Positions 9,071 to 17,304 of a stretch of DNA of 32,000 nucleotides are shown in pieces; position 1 is the first letter of the stretch, and every line of letters begins with the position of its first letter. The stretch is taken from assembly GCA_048886185.1 (NCBI GenBank), contig JBHLKY010000001.1:1-32000 (forward strand), written 5' to 3'. The DNA is from Candidatus Hermodarchaeota archaeon. GTDB lineage: Archaea > Asgardarchaeota > Heimdallarchaeia > Hodarchaeales > Hodarchaeaceae. Made by a program: the position numbers and the translations under genes. The notes below the pieces were generated by a model. The model ran no database searches, had not been told where the DNA came from, and was given only the letters and a program-made list of their open reading frames with translations.

Positions 9071-9754
9071 TTACATTTCTTCCATTTTGATTTTTCTTAA
9101 TTGTGCTAATTTTAAATCAATTTTATTAATTCTATATGCCATATACACCAGTACTAATGTTAAAATTCCAATAAATAGAAAATTTAACATTAAATACATT
9201 CCCACTCCTGAGCCAAGTGTCGTTTGTTGAGGAGCTGGATGTAATGCACCGACTACATAGTTAGATAGAGGAACAGAGGGAGAAGTAGCAATTCCAAACA
9301 CTGCGGAAAGCGTGGCTTTCCTCTCATGGTGCCCGTCTTCTAACATTTCTCTGAAAATTAATAATCCAACATAAGCAAACCACATTATTAATGTTGCAGT
9401 CTGCCTAGGTTCCCATTGCCACCAATAACCCCATTCTGGTTTAGACCATATTATTCCGACAATTATTGTTATCGCTCCTACCACAATTCCTGTTTGAGTA
9501 CCTGAAACCAAAAGAAAATCAAATCGTATATCCTTTCTCCACAAATACAAAATACCACTTAGAAGTACAATACCAAAACAGAGATAAGTTGAAAAGGCAA
9601 ATGGAACCATATAAAAAATCGGATGTCCGCTAACAGTGAATCCTTGAAATGGTTTAATCACTATATACACGAAGTAATAGTTAAAAACCATAAAACAAAT
9701 AGCAATAGCGAAAATAATCCAATTGAGGTTATTCCTTACTTTTTCACTTCTCAT
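9071..9754 (-). CDS. ccmC: Cytochrome c maturation protein C
   Basis: WWD domain WSKPEWGYWWQWEPRQT; flanking His (GHP, ALHP). Confidence 0.92.
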   Translation of the reverse strand: MRSEKVRNNLNWIIFAIAICFMVFNYYFVYIVIKPFQGFTVSGHPIFYMVPFAFSTYLCFGIVLLSGILYLWRKDIRFDFLLVSGTQTGIVVGAITIIVGIIWSKPEWGYWWQWEPRQTATLIMWFAYVGLLIFREMLEDGHHERKATLSAVFGIATSPSVPLSNYVVGALHPAPQQTTLGSGVGMYLMLNFLFIGILTLVLVYMAYRINKIDLKLAQLRKIKMEEM

Positions 9755-9784
9755 TTGATAATCACCCTAAGATATTCTGATTTC

Positions 9785-10183
9785 TCAGATCTCACCTTGG
9801 TATTTTGATGGACATTTAGTGCTTATCATAATAGCTTTGAATTTCCATATAATTGTTGTTGAAATGAGTTTTCCTTCAACCAATATGGTCTTACCAGCTT
9901 CAAATCCTGCAGGCTTCTCAACATTAGTTGCGTTAATGTAAATAATCAATGATATGTTATTCACATCATCAGGATCAGTTATAAAGAATCCAGTGTTGTT
10001 AATTTCCTGAACATTACCTATCAGCTGAATCTTGCGATTTATATAGGAATCGGGATTCTTTTGAACCATTAATTCTTTCACAGTGAAAATTGGTACGGAA
10101 GAACTTGTTAATAGATATAAAAATGCGCCTGCGCATATTATGATGATAATTGCAGTAAGTATGACGTTTTTGGATTTAGCCAC
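9785..10183 (-). CDS. ccmE: Heme chaperone CcmE, Cys variant (CxxxY)
   Basis: N-terminal TM, OB-fold-like IQLIGNV...VEGK, terminal TKCPSKY. Confidence 0.92.
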   Translation of the reverse strand: MAKSKNVILTAIIIIICAGAFLYLLTSSSVPIFTVKELMVQKNPDSYINRKIQLIGNVQEINNTGFFITDPDDVNNISLIIYINATNVEKPAGFEAGKTILVEGKLISTTIIWKFKAIMISTKCPSKYQGEI

Positions 10184-12518
10184 TTTTCATACCACCATCA
10201 CTCGTATTTTCGTTCTCTGATAGATCAATTTTAGTATTGTTTTTATCCATTACTTTTTTATCTGGAGAATAACTCTTTTTTAAGAGGATAAATCTACCTA
10301 TTGTTAAGGGTATCATCGCAAAATGAAGGAGAAGACATCCCATCCAGAGAATGTTAATATATGGAATGATTTTTATTTGAAGAGCTGCGGCTTGAAAACT
10401 TCCTAAAGCGTTTTCATAAACACCAATAGTAACAATGTAAATATCGGAAAACAAATCACTTATTATCGTCACTTCATGACCCTGACGATTAACCTTATCA
10501 AAATGAAGGCTACTGATTCCATATCCAATGATCCGTGTTTTTGTCGATAACATGAACTGCGTATTAAATTCGAGACGATGTAGGCCCGAATCAGGAAATT
10601 TTTTTTCCAATTTTATTATAGTAATTGTTAGCGAAGTACCTGGAATTTCTTGGTCACCTATAATAACATCTATATCCTTTGTAATCGTCATGTTTGTACT
10701 CATTAATGCACCAATTAGAATTACTAAGAAAGATAAATGTAGCATTGTTTGGGAAGTTTTACGGAGGAGGTTTTTATTTTCCTTTAATGTAATGTTTATA
10801 AATTCTGCAATCAATCCAATAACTCCTAGAAACAGGAGGGGTAGAACAAAATTTGCTTTGTCGCTGTTGGTCCAGAAGTTATCAAGAAAAGTAAAAATCG
10901 GGTTTTCTTCACCTAACATTTCATACAGTACAGTCCAGAAGATATTAAAAATGGCCATTAATGGATTTTCAGTAAAATCTATCGGGTTTTCAATCAAATT
11001 AGGGTTACGATAGAAAAAACCACTCAATGAAAATGTGACTCCAGCTATTAATCCACTTATCAACAGAGTGAATTTCTTTTTAACGCTTAATCTTGGGTAA
11101 AACGTACAGAAAAACTGCGCAAATAGCAAAACAGCTCCGAAAATTAGAAGAGAATTATTATAGAATAGTTGATCAGTAGGGAAATTAGGAGGGATTGTAA
11201 TATCAAGAACAGGAATAGTTATACCCTGACTAAAACCTTTGGGGTGAAATGTGATTATATATCCTATCACATCATATATTGGAGGAAAAATAAGTCCAAA
11301 AATCATCCAGTAAGTACCTGCAAGGAGAACAATGAAAGATATTTTTAATGCAGTTCTTTGGGATTTTGATGCCTGAAAATCATTTTTATTAAGTGAAAGG
11401 GGGATTTTTGTAATTTCCTTGCTCTTTATTCCATGAAAATGAGGAAGAAGAAAAGTCACTATTATAGCAATAAAAAGAAACAATATCCTTTCTTCCGGGA
11501 TAAATCTTAAAATTATACTCATGAGAAAACTATTTTCAGGAATAAAAAGGATTAAAAATCTTTCTAAGGCGCCATGAGGTACAAATGCGTGAACACTTGA
11601 AATTACACCACTTCGAGTTAGATATGTTACAAATAAGGCACCAATATAGCTCATACTCACAATGTAATTGCTTAAGTATTCTCTTTTGCCAAAGAAAGAT
11701 TTTCCATGAAAATAAAGGGTCATAAAGAGCCAAGGTATCAAGGAACCTGTCTCAACGGGATCCCATGCCCAAAAACCACCCCAACCGAGAGTTATGTAAG
11801 CCCAATAACCACCAATGATAATACCTGTGCTAAGAGCGAGCCAAGCTAATGAAACTGTAAATTCAAAGAAATTATCTAACTTTTCTTTACCTTCAAAGTC
11901 GGGTACTTTACCATCTTCAAGAATAGAAATTCTAGTGATAGCAATGACCATGGGAAGAAAACATAGAGCGTAACTAATGAAAATGATTGGCGGATGGATA
12001 ACATTCCAAATATTCATTAATAATGGATTTAGTCCAAGACCATCTGAAGGTGGAGTTGCATTTATTTTAAAGGGTTCACTTAATAGCGTTAAAAACACAA
12101 TAATTGCTACTTGTGAAGCTGCTAGAACAAAAGAGCGCCAAAAGATGGATTCATGCGCATAATTCCGAAAGAGTGACCTAAAGATTAGATAGAGGATAGC
12201 TATTAGAACTGCCCAAAAGAAATAGCTTCCAGGTTGGCTACTCCAAATGACTGATAATCTCAAGAAAAAATCCATGTCATTGGAGGTATATTCGCTCACA
12301 TAAAAAAAGGTGTAATCAAGGGTAAGAATAGAGTAACTGAAATATAGGAAAGAGATGATAATAGCAATCATCCCAGTAGAAAGACTCATCTCTGAATAAA
12401 GTTCCCATTTTTCAATATATTTTCCCGCTATCAATAGAAAAGCATCGAATAAAAAAGCTATTAATGCGATGACTAGTAATAATACACCTATGTCTATTCC
12501 AAATCCAATGTCAATCAT
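10176..12518 (-). CDS. ccmF: Cytochrome c heme lyase CcmF (single polypeptide)
   Basis: NVIHPP, WAYITLGWGGFWAWDPVETGSLIPWL, TRSG...SVHAF, LHL, PYINILWMG; stop overlaps the ccmE start. Confidence 0.95.
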   Translation of the reverse strand: MIDIGFGIDIGVLLLVIALIAFLFDAFLLIAGKYIEKWELYSEMSLSTGMIAIIISFLYFSYSILTLDYTFFYVSEYTSNDMDFFLRLSVIWSSQPGSYFFWAVLIAILYLIFRSLFRNYAHESIFWRSFVLAASQVAIIVFLTLLSEPFKINATPPSDGLGLNPLLMNIWNVIHPPIIFISYALCFLPMVIAITRISILEDGKVPDFEGKEKLDNFFEFTVSLAWLALSTGIIIGGYWAYITLGWGGFWAWDPVETGSLIPWLFMTLYFHGKSFFGKREYLSNYIVSMSYIGALFVTYLTRSGVISSVHAFVPHGALERFLILFIPENSFLMSIILRFIPEERILFLFIAIIVTFLLPHFHGIKSKEITKIPLSLNKNDFQASKSQRTALKISFIVLLAGTYWMIFGLIFPPIYDVIGYIITFHPKGFSQGITIPVLDITIPPNFPTDQLFYNNSLLIFGAVLLFAQFFCTFYPRLSVKKKFTLLISGLIAGVTFSLSGFFYRNPNLIENPIDFTENPLMAIFNIFWTVLYEMLGEENPIFTFLDNFWTNSDKANFVLPLLFLGVIGLIAEFINITLKENKNLLRKTSQTMLHLSFLVILIGALMSTNMTITKDIDVIIGDQEIPGTSLTITIIKLEKKFPDSGLHRLEFNTQFMLSTKTRIIGYGISSLHFDKVNRQGHEVTIISDLFSDIYIVTIGVYENALGSFQAAALQIKIIPYINILWMGCLLLHFAMIPLTIGRFILLKKSYSPDKKVMDKNNTKIDLSENENTSDGGMKSG

Positions 12519-12537
12519 TTTTATTTCTCCATTTGTT

Positions 12538-14769
12538 TTAAACCCGTTTGGTTCCTCTTTTAGTCAGTTTTCTACCCCGATTCTTGTCTTTTATCCGTGA
12601 TCTAATTTTCAATGTCTTGCGGGCACTCTTTTTCTTATATTCCACATAAGTGTATAGTCCTGCAGGAACAAAAATGCCTATAACGACCATTACTCCGATA
12701 ATTGATGATAGGGGTAGTTGTGGTGATGCTGGTTGTCCTAGGATGAAAAAAAAGTCGGTGTGACCAAAACTAGTCCTTTGGTTAAAATCCGTTGATTCGA
12801 AATAATAAGCATATGTACCCGGTTCAGGGAGCCCGTCAGGAAAAGTTATTTTCCAAATATGTGTATCAATTCGTTCAAAAAGTTGTGATTTTTCGGGCTG
12901 TCCTTCACGGTGATAGCGTAAACGGACATATTTTACCTCTCCTTGGGATGGGACATCGTGAGCACTTACAATAATTGAAAATTCTTCATGAACTTGTATC
13001 TCTATTCCAGGAATAAATCCAATTTCCTGAACTTCAGGAGGCCATTTATCAATCTGCCAGAGGAAAGAGTATTCACCTCGCACAGTTTGAATGTTTAAGG
13101 TGTTGGTAATAATGATATTGAAATCGACTGTTGTACCATTACTATTTGGGGAAATATTACTTAATGTAGTATTGAACATATTCCCAATGAAATGAGGGAT
13201 CATCTCTTTTAAAATATAATCGCCATTATTTATTGAATAGTTAAGAAAAACGTTTGAAATACCATTAGAATCAAACGCAGCTATTAAGATAGTTACTTTG
13301 TCTTGAGGACGGGGGACAGAAGGTGACCAAAGGACATTAAGTGCACCTGGTTTGCTATACATCCATAAATTTGCTAGGGCATAGATAGCTAGTGATTGAG
13401 TGACGGCAAATTTGTTCTTCCAAGAAGGATCATCACTTTGAGTCCCATCCGCGTTTGTTAATTGATAATATCCTCCATTAACTTGATCGTAGAGCTTAGT
13501 ATTGAGAACTTCGACTGTATCAAGTATAAAATTATAAAAAATATTATTATCTGTAAGTTTATACGCTTCATCAAGAGCCCGAATACCATAAAATTGCCTT
13601 TCAGTAAATTTTGTTGTGTCATCTAAATCGGAATCAATGTAAGAATTAGTTGCAATAAATCCCCCGTAAGTATTATCCCAGAAGTGGAGCAATACTGAAT
13701 AAAGTACCTGAAAAAAATCATCAAAATAATTCGGATTCTCTGTGACATTATATAGATTGGCTAGAAATTCTAGAACAAGGGAATTAATGAATAGATCAGT
13801 CGTTTCAGAGTCAGGGTAAACTAATTTACGAGTACTATCTACTCCTGTATAGAAAAGGTAACTGACATTATTTCGACACGTTGTATTAATGATATCATAA
13901 ACTTGAAGAGCTTTTGTTAAATATATTACATTCGAGTCTACTCGATAAAGATCAAGTAAAGCGTTTCCCATTAAAGCGTTATGATCCACTCGGAGGGATC
14001 GTGGTTCATATGGATCTAGGGGATTAGGATTTTCGAGTAAAGGACTTCCAGAGTGAGAGGTCATATAAATGTAATAGTCATTCGTTTCATCCCAAGTCCA
14101 TTTATCTATTAAATTAAAAGTCTCAATTGCCATATTTAAATAAGTAGAACTACCAGTTGCTTTGTAAAGAGCTATTAAGGCTTGAATGGCTTTCGCTTGA
14201 ATTCCTGGCCTTTTATAACGATCTGATGTACTAGTAAAAAATCCACCAAAATCTGGATCCCATAGGTTTGTTAACAATCCATTAATTGTTTTTTCAGCAA
14301 TGTTTAGAGCAAAATCTCTTTCTGTCTGGCTAATTACGGCCTCGGCAAGCTTGATTAAAGCTAAAATCGCTTGAGCATTATCATATGTTCGTTTTTCAGT
14401 ATTAATAGCAATTGTCTCCCATTGTTCATTTGTTGAGAAATAAAACCCGTTAGAATCATTATCATAGAGATTCTTGACAAGTAAGTTCGCAATTTCAATC
14501 GAGTAAAAAAGAAAATTAGGAAAATAAGCTTCAGAATCTGTATCTTGAGTAAATTCCTCTAATTTAAGATCGATAGAATTCTCCTTAATAGGTTCACCAT
14601 TGAGATTCTGAAAAAATTTCTGATTTGTAGACTCATTATCACTTGAAAGAATGTTTAAGGTAGAAAAAGGCAGTATGCTTGATAGAACTGTAATAAGCAA
14701 TAATACTGAGAGAAATGAATATGTTAACCATTTTTTTACTTTTGGACGAATGTTCAAAGTTCTATTCAT
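12538..14769 (-). CDS. Membrane-anchored extracellular (alpha/alpha)6-barrel protein (AGE/GH76/YyaL-like) with C-terminal Ig-like domains
   Basis: Signal/TM at N-terminus; EKRTYDNAQ and repeated LWD/LYD..GG(F/Y) motifs; beta-rich C-terminal region, TM and basic tail. Confidence 0.7.
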   Translation of the reverse strand: MNRTLNIRPKVKKWLTYSFLSVLLLITVLSSILPFSTLNILSSDNESTNQKFFQNLNGEPIKENSIDLKLEEFTQDTDSEAYFPNFLFYSIEIANLLVKNLYDNDSNGFYFSTNEQWETIAINTEKRTYDNAQAILALIKLAEAVISQTERDFALNIAEKTINGLLTNLWDPDFGGFFTSTSDRYKRPGIQAKAIQALIALYKATGSSTYLNMAIETFNLIDKWTWDETNDYYIYMTSHSGSPLLENPNPLDPYEPRSLRVDHNALMGNALLDLYRVDSNVIYLTKALQVYDIINTTCRNNVSYLFYTGVDSTRKLVYPDSETTDLFINSLVLEFLANLYNVTENPNYFDDFFQVLYSVLLHFWDNTYGGFIATNSYIDSDLDDTTKFTERQFYGIRALDEAYKLTDNNIFYNFILDTVEVLNTKLYDQVNGGYYQLTNADGTQSDDPSWKNKFAVTQSLAIYALANLWMYSKPGALNVLWSPSVPRPQDKVTILIAAFDSNGISNVFLNYSINNGDYILKEMIPHFIGNMFNTTLSNISPNSNGTTVDFNIIITNTLNIQTVRGEYSFLWQIDKWPPEVQEIGFIPGIEIQVHEEFSIIVSAHDVPSQGEVKYVRLRYHREGQPEKSQLFERIDTHIWKITFPDGLPEPGTYAYYFESTDFNQRTSFGHTDFFFILGQPASPQLPLSSIIGVMVVIGIFVPAGLYTYVEYKKKSARKTLKIRSRIKDKNRGRKLTKRGTKRV

Positions 14770-14963
14770 AAATTATTCCATCTTTTTGATTATCTAAGGG
14801 CAATTATTTGGTGAAGAGGCACAAAAATCTTGAGTTTATTTATTTAATGCAGTTATTTTGGGTACAGGGGGGATATTAATGGAGATTTTTTCAAGAAACA
14901 CTAATTACGATTGATTAAATCAACACACAATTTGAACCAACACGACCTCAACTCCCGACAATA

Positions 14964-15000
14964 TAAAAAAAACAAGAGAACAGCAGTCATTTGCTGTTCT
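14964..15000 (-). terminator. Hairpin plus T-tract after the multiheme cytochrome gene
   Basis: AGAACAGCA-GTCATT-TGCTGTTCT stem at 14977-15000, followed by a T run on the minus strand. Confidence 0.7.
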
Positions 15001-15031
15001 TGCTTGATGTCTTGGATTAACTACTAACTAC

Positions 15032-16678
15032 TTAGGATCGTCTTTTTCTGATGAAATAAGAGGAAACACCTAAAATACCTAATACAGCTAATAATCCAAT
15101 TGCAGGAGCGGTTTCTGTGGTTGTTATTGTTTCGATAACTGTTTTCTCCACTGTTTTCTCAACAGTGTGGTCAACAGTGTGGTCTACGGTGTGGTCTACG
15201 GTGTGGTCTACGGTGACGTCTACTGTGACTGTTGGGTTGATCGCACTAGCAATAGCAGCATTTGCTTCAACGATGGCTTCATCTAGTTTGACTAATGCCA
15301 AGGATAGCTGTTGTTCAGCAGTAGGGGACAATGGGCTGTGGAAAGTACCTTCGTTTGGGACTAAGGCTTCTGCTTCCTCAATCAATGCTTTTGCGTTTGC
15401 GAGATTGTTGGTATCAACACCAATTGTACTTTTGGCTTCATCATATTTGGCTGTGGCTTCTGCTAATTTGGTATCGTACAATGCTTTCGCATCAGTCAAA
15501 TTACCGAAGTTTGCCATATATGTTTGCATGGTTGCCCAGACTGTAGCGTTGTCGTTTCCATGGCATAAACCACACACTTCTCCTGGGTCACCTCCAGAGA
15601 ATCTCCAATTGTGATTGAGGGTAGAAAATGATCCAGGTGTTTCGACAGTCCCGTTAGGGAAATATTTGGTAGGTGTATATGTGTAACCATGGCAATCGGT
15701 ACAAGCTAACATTGTGTGGTTACTTGGGTCTGTGAAGTATGCTGTGCTAGTGTTAAGGCTGATATCGTGGCAAATTCCACAAAGTTCGTTAACTGTTGCA
15801 GCTCGTAATTGACTTCCACCTGGTCCAAATTCCTGGCCAGTATACGGATTAGTATATGGACTCATTGCATGTGATTCGTCACCAGCGTTAACAGAAGCAT
15901 CGTGAGGATCGTGGCATGTGACGCATGTGATAGTGTACCAATCACTGGAATTCAGCTCTGCGACATTCATGTAAGTACTCTGTCCAATATAGTGCTCCAG
16001 ATTAGTCAGTGAATTTATATCACCGCTAGCAAGCAAACCACTAAGAGAGTTATAGTGTTTACTTTGGATGTAGCCCATCCATTGCATTCCACCAGGCGTG
16101 TGACAGCTTCGACATGTCATATAACTGAGGCTTTTTACTCCTGGTTCTGGATGACATGCTGCACAAGAAACACCAATATCCCAGATGTTGCTAGTCATAT
16201 TTTCATAAGCTGGGTTTGTTGGATCTCCAGTAACGTTATACCACCTTGTAGTCATGCAACATTGTTGCCCTGAAGCATTAAATAGCTCACTATAGTTCCA
16301 ATAATTTATAGGGTTGGCAAGGGTATTTGGGGTTCGCCAATAATGTGTTGAATTGTAGGACACTTTGCTACCATTTTTTGCATTATCAAGTGGATCATAT
16401 TCTCCAACTATTTGAGCATGCCATGTTTCGTTCCAACTAGCAATTATATCGTCATGACAACCAGAGCCTGAGCAATCTTCAGGATGCCAAGGGTCTCCAA
16501 TAGCAGCGTGCCAAGAATCGTCAATTGCTTCAAATCTATATTTTGGATCTAAGATTGTTACACCTAGACCTGCAGCAGCAGCTGTTCCGAGGAAGACGAT
16601 GGCAAACCAATAGAATAAGACAACCCTGCGGCCACTCCAATTGCTTTGACGAACTAGTATTTCGTCTTGTTCATTCAT
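15032..16678 (-). CDS. Surface-anchored multiheme c-type cytochrome (c554-like N-terminus, NrfA/HAO/OcwA-like helical C-terminus)
   Basis: Six CxxCH, one CX4CH, one CCM; signal peptide; helical bundle ending GTFHSP; Thr/Val stalk, TM and RKRRS tail; about 12 N-x-S/T sequons. Confidence 0.92.
   Translation of the reverse strand: MNEQDEILVRQSNWSGRRVVLFYWFAIVFLGTAAAAGLGVTILDPKYRFEAIDDSWHAAIGDPWHPEDCSGSGCHDDIIASWNETWHAQIVGEYDPLDNAKNGSKVSYNSTHYWRTPNTLANPINYWNYSELFNASGQQCCMTTRWYNVTGDPTNPAYENMTSNIWDIGVSCAACHPEPGVKSLSYMTCRSCHTPGGMQWMGYIQSKHYNSLSGLLASGDINSLTNLEHYIGQSTYMNVAELNSSDWYTITCVTCHDPHDASVNAGDESHAMSPYTNPYTGQEFGPGGSQLRAATVNELCGICHDISLNTSTAYFTDPSNHTMLACTDCHGYTYTPTKYFPNGTVETPGSFSTLNHNWRFSGGDPGEVCGLCHGNDNATVWATMQTYMANFGNLTDAKALYDTKLAEATAKYDEAKSTIGVDTNNLANAKALIEEAEALVPNEGTFHSPLSPTAEQQLSLALVKLDEAIVEANAAIASAINPTVTVDVTVDHTVDHTVDHTVDHTVEKTVEKTVIETITTTETAPAIGLLAVLGILGVSSYFIRKRRS
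15138..15233 (-). repeat. In-frame 12-bp tandem repeat, about 8 imperfect units, encoding TVTV-DVTV-(DHTV)4-(EKTV)2
   Basis: Plus-strand units ACTGTTTTCTC(C/A) x2, AC(A/G)GTGTGGTC(A/T) x4, ACGGTGACGTCT, ACTGTGACTGTT. Confidence 0.95.
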
Positions 16679-16717
16679 TAATAAACACCGGAATTTTAGT
16701 TTGTTTTTGTGTTATTT

Positions 16718-16790
16718 GCAGTTAACATTTATTAACTGCGATATCATCGGTCATAAAATCGATGAACACAATATTACGAATTATGTAATA
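16718..16790. promoter_or_regulatory. Three stacked inverted repeats upstream of the cytochrome gene
   Basis: GCAGTTAA-N6-TTAACTGC (16718-16739), TCATCG-N10-CGATGA (16744-16765), TATTAC-N7-GTAATA (16772-16790). Confidence 0.45.
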
Positions 16791-17280
16791 CGACTTCTTG
16801 AAGCCATCTCTGAAAATAAGAACATTTTCTAATTTTCTAATTATCCAGTATCGTACGAGTAAGCTAGTAACTCTGATGTTACCACCCTCTTTTCCAAGAT
16901 TGTGGAAAAATGGTAGAATCTGTTTTGTCCTCTAGTGATTATAGAACGAGTATATGTTGGGGAGATGGTTTCCATAATCCCCAAGTAAGCAATCAATGAC
17001 CTTAAAATGCATCATTTTTGGTTCTCTCCTAGATGTCTTTAAAAAGGGAATGACCCAGTATTTTGTCAGTGAGAAGTTTGTTGTGGGGGTCTTTCTTTTT
17101 ATCGGGACGGGGAGACTCCAACCATTAAGCAAATCAGGACTCACAGTGATAATTATCCAGAAGTTCGTTCGCTTTCACGTTCCCAATGATGAAGACACAC
17201 ATGTTTATTCATGGTATCTATTTTCGAGTTAACCCAGTTACTCCTCTTTTAGGCGGTCTCTGGTTATGAAAATTGGGGAT

Positions 17281-17299
17281 GATGGGAGAATGTCCCATC
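17281..17299 (-). terminator. Hairpin just downstream of the PGF-CTERM gene stop
   Basis: GATGGGA-GAATG-TCCCATC, 5 nt after the stop codon. Confidence 0.45.
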
Positions 17300-17304
17300 T
17301 AATG

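Noticed and set aside
10528-11013. 161-aa plus-strand ORF, and the other short ORFs nested in long CDSs
   Set aside because: Opposite strand or alternate frame of well-supported genes such as ccmF
12538-14769. LanC-like thioether-forming cyclase (attractive because heme c attachment is a thioether)
   Set aside because: Only one Cys and no WCxG or CHG zinc motifs
15138-15233. CRISPR array
   Set aside because: Units are 12 bp, contiguous, spacer-free and in frame within a CDS
15117-15614. 165-aa plus-strand ORF with VWST repeats
   Set aside because: Antisense shadow of the cytochrome stalk and helices
15032-16678. Horizontal transfer of the cytochrome gene based on higher GC
   Set aside because: Only spot-checked (one 60-nt line about 50% versus about 33% in ccmF); amino-acid composition can explain it and there are no mobility signatures
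5069-16883. Shared 12-mer TCTGATGTTACC at 5069 and 16872
   Set aside because: One 12-mer match among intergenic regions is expected by chance; not palindromic at 5069
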